Source of the DNA: Takakia lepidozioides
Lineage: Eukaryota; Plantae; Bryophyta
Length of the DNA stretch: 64,000 nucleotides
NCBI GenBank assembly: GCA_030704615.1
Contig: CM060731.1
Coordinates: 81,096,001 to 81,160,000, forward strand
Direction: 5' to 3'
Both the position numbers and the translations under genes were made by a program. The notes beneath the pieces were generated by a model. It saw nothing but the letters and a program-made list of their open reading frames with translations. It made no database searches and had not been told where the DNA came from. This document shows positions 61,581 through 64,000 of the stretch, piece after piece (the stretch's first letter is position 1; every line of letters begins with the position of its first letter).

Positions 61581-64000
61581 GGGGGGTGCTATTCCGTGAG
61601 CCTGGAGGCGTGAGCCTGTGAGCCCAGGAAAGCGTGAGCCCAGCACAGGCTCACGCCACGTCAGCATGCAAACAGTGCCTATTTCCGCGGATGTCACCTA
61701 TTTCCGAGTGGTGTCACCTATTTCCGCGGGTTGATGTGGGGAGAATTGAGAATTGAGAACAAAGTGGTTTGTTTGTTTTTGCAATGTACTCAAGTCTGTG
61801 AGGTCCACAAAACAACAAATATATTGAAGGAACAATCCGGGCAGTCCATGCAACCCCCATCTCCAACAATAGTTTGGAACCATGAATGTGAATTCCACGC
61901 ACACATTGCAAAGAGGACAATAAGGACACACAACCATCCCATTTCAAATTTGTCCCAGAATTAAACCAAAAGAATACTTCATATCAAGTGTCGCAGTCAT
62001 CACAATCAGTGTCCACCTCCTGTGCTATGTCATCTACAAAGATTCTGGCCCCAACACCACGTGTTCTACGAAGGCCATCGCAAGGTGGACTCTGAGTGCC
62101 ATGAACGGACATGCTTGCTGCGAGTGCCTCCGCATAGACAGGTAGCACACAAGACCGAGGAGGACTGAAAACAAGTCCAAATAGGTGTGATAGCCCAGGA
62201 GGGCAAGTGGAAGCACGCGGACTCCTACACATGTCCACAAAATCCCATTTTTAACACAATGATGCAATGCACAAGTCCAACGAAGAGGATGTCTCCCATG
62301 TGCACTTTGCCTCAAGAACAGCGATTCTTGATATTGAAACAACAATGCAAGCATGCACAGGTTCAACTTACTCACAGGCAAAGTCGGAGTCCAGCTCCTT
62401 GTCAGAAGTCTCCTCTGTACCAGTATCAGCGGGACGGGGCTTCGGAAGGACCTGAGAAGTGTGTCCACCCAAACCCATCAGGAGGTTCTTGTAAATCTCA
62501 GCATCCCCTTCAATCCCAAAGACATGTCGCGCACTGGCCTTGCAAGCGTGGTACGAAGCACCTGCAGTGGAATAGAATGAAGTAAGCAGACATTGAAGAC
62601 ACATTCGGAACGGTGGAAAGTGCTGAAAGTGCAAGCTCAATCAAACCTCATGAAATGTGAATGTTGAAGAGACGAACCTGTGCCCATCGACAAATCCAGA
62701 ACTCTGGCGTCTGTGTAGGTGCAGCACTCCACAATCGTTTGAATGAAAGCCGGGCTCCTCTCCCTCGCCCCTCTCCAAGGAACCCCATTCCCCCTTCGCA
62801 AGCACACGTTGCTGTCGACGTAGTTGTGATGCATGTCATCCGTGGGAGGATCTGTCCTGTCATCTATGAACTTGCCCCCGTGAGTGATGGCAAACTCCGT
62901 AATGCCGGCCGGAGTCGTTGGTGGATGCACCCGGACGAGACAAACAGCTTCAAACAGACGAGTCTGCGAACATGACATCCACAAGGAACTAAGAACCAAA
63001 ATAAAATCGGGCCCCTACATATGAGTTCGAGCGACCTATACAACACAATCCCAGAACAAAAAAGAAGAGGAAGAAGAAGGGAAACTCACCATCTCTCCCG
63101 GACGATCCCCCTTCGTAAGGTACATGCTGTTCACACAATTCCATGTCTTCACGACTCTCATGCCCGAGGCTTTCAAATAGCTGGCAAGGGCACGGCGACA
63201 CCGAACATCGATGGACTGGATGAGAACCAAAACACCTGCATCGGAAAGGAAGAAGTTGCAAAAGGAAAAAACCCACCGCCAGTAGCGCTCATCAAATGCA
63301 TTCCAACCCGGACAAGCACCCGATGGAGGGATATCCGGGACTGCCAACCCATCAGGGATGTCCAAGATGATGAGTTCCGCTGCATATGGCTTCTCCTTCC
63401 CGTTCACCCACGATTTGGTCATTTTAGCCTGCAAACAAAAATACAATGGAATTCTGACAAGTTTATAAACGATCCATGCCCACAGCAGACAAAGAGAGCA
63501 GAAGCCACAGAACCCAAAGAGAACACGCACCGTGCTGAGGAACTCGACAATCCTCTCCCACACTGGTGATGGCTCGCCCTTGTAATCAGATTTCTTCGAC
63601 TCCATCATGGCAAGGAACCCGACGTTGGCAATCTCCAACCTGGTTGGACGAATGACCCTCGTGGGATGTTCCACTGCACGGTACGGGTCCTTGGGATCAA
63701 CCACCCCCTTGTTTTTTCTCCCGGATCCCCTACCATGCGGTGGAGTCTGCTGGACATGCTCCACAGGGCCAATAGCTGCAACACTTCCCTGCCCTTGTGC
63801 CACCTTCCCTCTACCCCTTCCCTTCCCCACAACACCAGCAACATCTTTTCCCTTTGCCTTTCTTCCTCTACCCGGGGTATCCTGAGCGGGAGGCTCCTTC
63901 TCTGCAAGAGTCCTCAGATTACGCTCATGAATGTCGAGGTCCGCTGCTGCGGCAGTGGCTGCAATACGGTCATTCTCTCTCCTCAAAGACAACTCTACAG
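61581..64000 (-). mobile_element. Second MULE of the MTase-carrying family (partial, opposite orientation)
   Basis: End GGGGGGTGCTATTCCGTGAGC resembles the first element's right TIR. GCGTGAGC subterminal repeats. Carries the paralogous gene. Confidence 0.75.
61984..64000 (-). CDS. Paralogous methyltransferase-like gene, 3' exons (>64000-63531, 63428-63090, 62963-62678, 62561-~62372, last exon to 61984)
   Basis: ELIILDIPDG, PWRGARERSPAFIQTIVECCT..RVLDLSMGTGASYHACK..FGIEGD, LPVYAEA. Intron positions match those of 23502-29138. Confidence 0.8.

Overview
Eukaryotic, transposon-dense land-plant DNA, probably from a non-seed plant (inferred from PLS-class PPR remnants, a DREB2-type AP2 gene and TTTAGGG repeats). 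The only clearly intact host gene is an AP2/ERF factor (48444-50027, minus). Two transposon-borne methyltransferase systems stand out. (1) A young 12.4 kb Ty3/Gypsy-type element (1100-13459) encodes Gag-protease-C5 cytosine methyltransferase, then an in-frame leaky TAG, then RT-RNaseH-DDE integrase-PHD. It has a self-priming PBS and circularly permuted LTRs (A-internal-B-A-B) with TG..CA ends and a 4-bp TSD. The ends map to a palindrome inside the LTR, suggesting that a circle was integrated. A second, indel-ridden relative (33295-42021) ends at the same B boundary. (2) An 11.3 kb Mutator-like element (18496-29826, 9-bp TSD) carries a GCM/DDE/SWIM transposase and a divergently transcribed 10-exon gene fusing a ParB-like domain to an N4C/N6A-type methyltransferase fold. 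That gene's introns hold arrays of a 22-bp palindrome, and a paralogous element starts at about 61581. Also present: nested chromoviruses, LINE remnants, a scrambled PPR pseudogene, a GGGTTAC satellite and a 500-N gap. All calls were made by eye; no searches were run.
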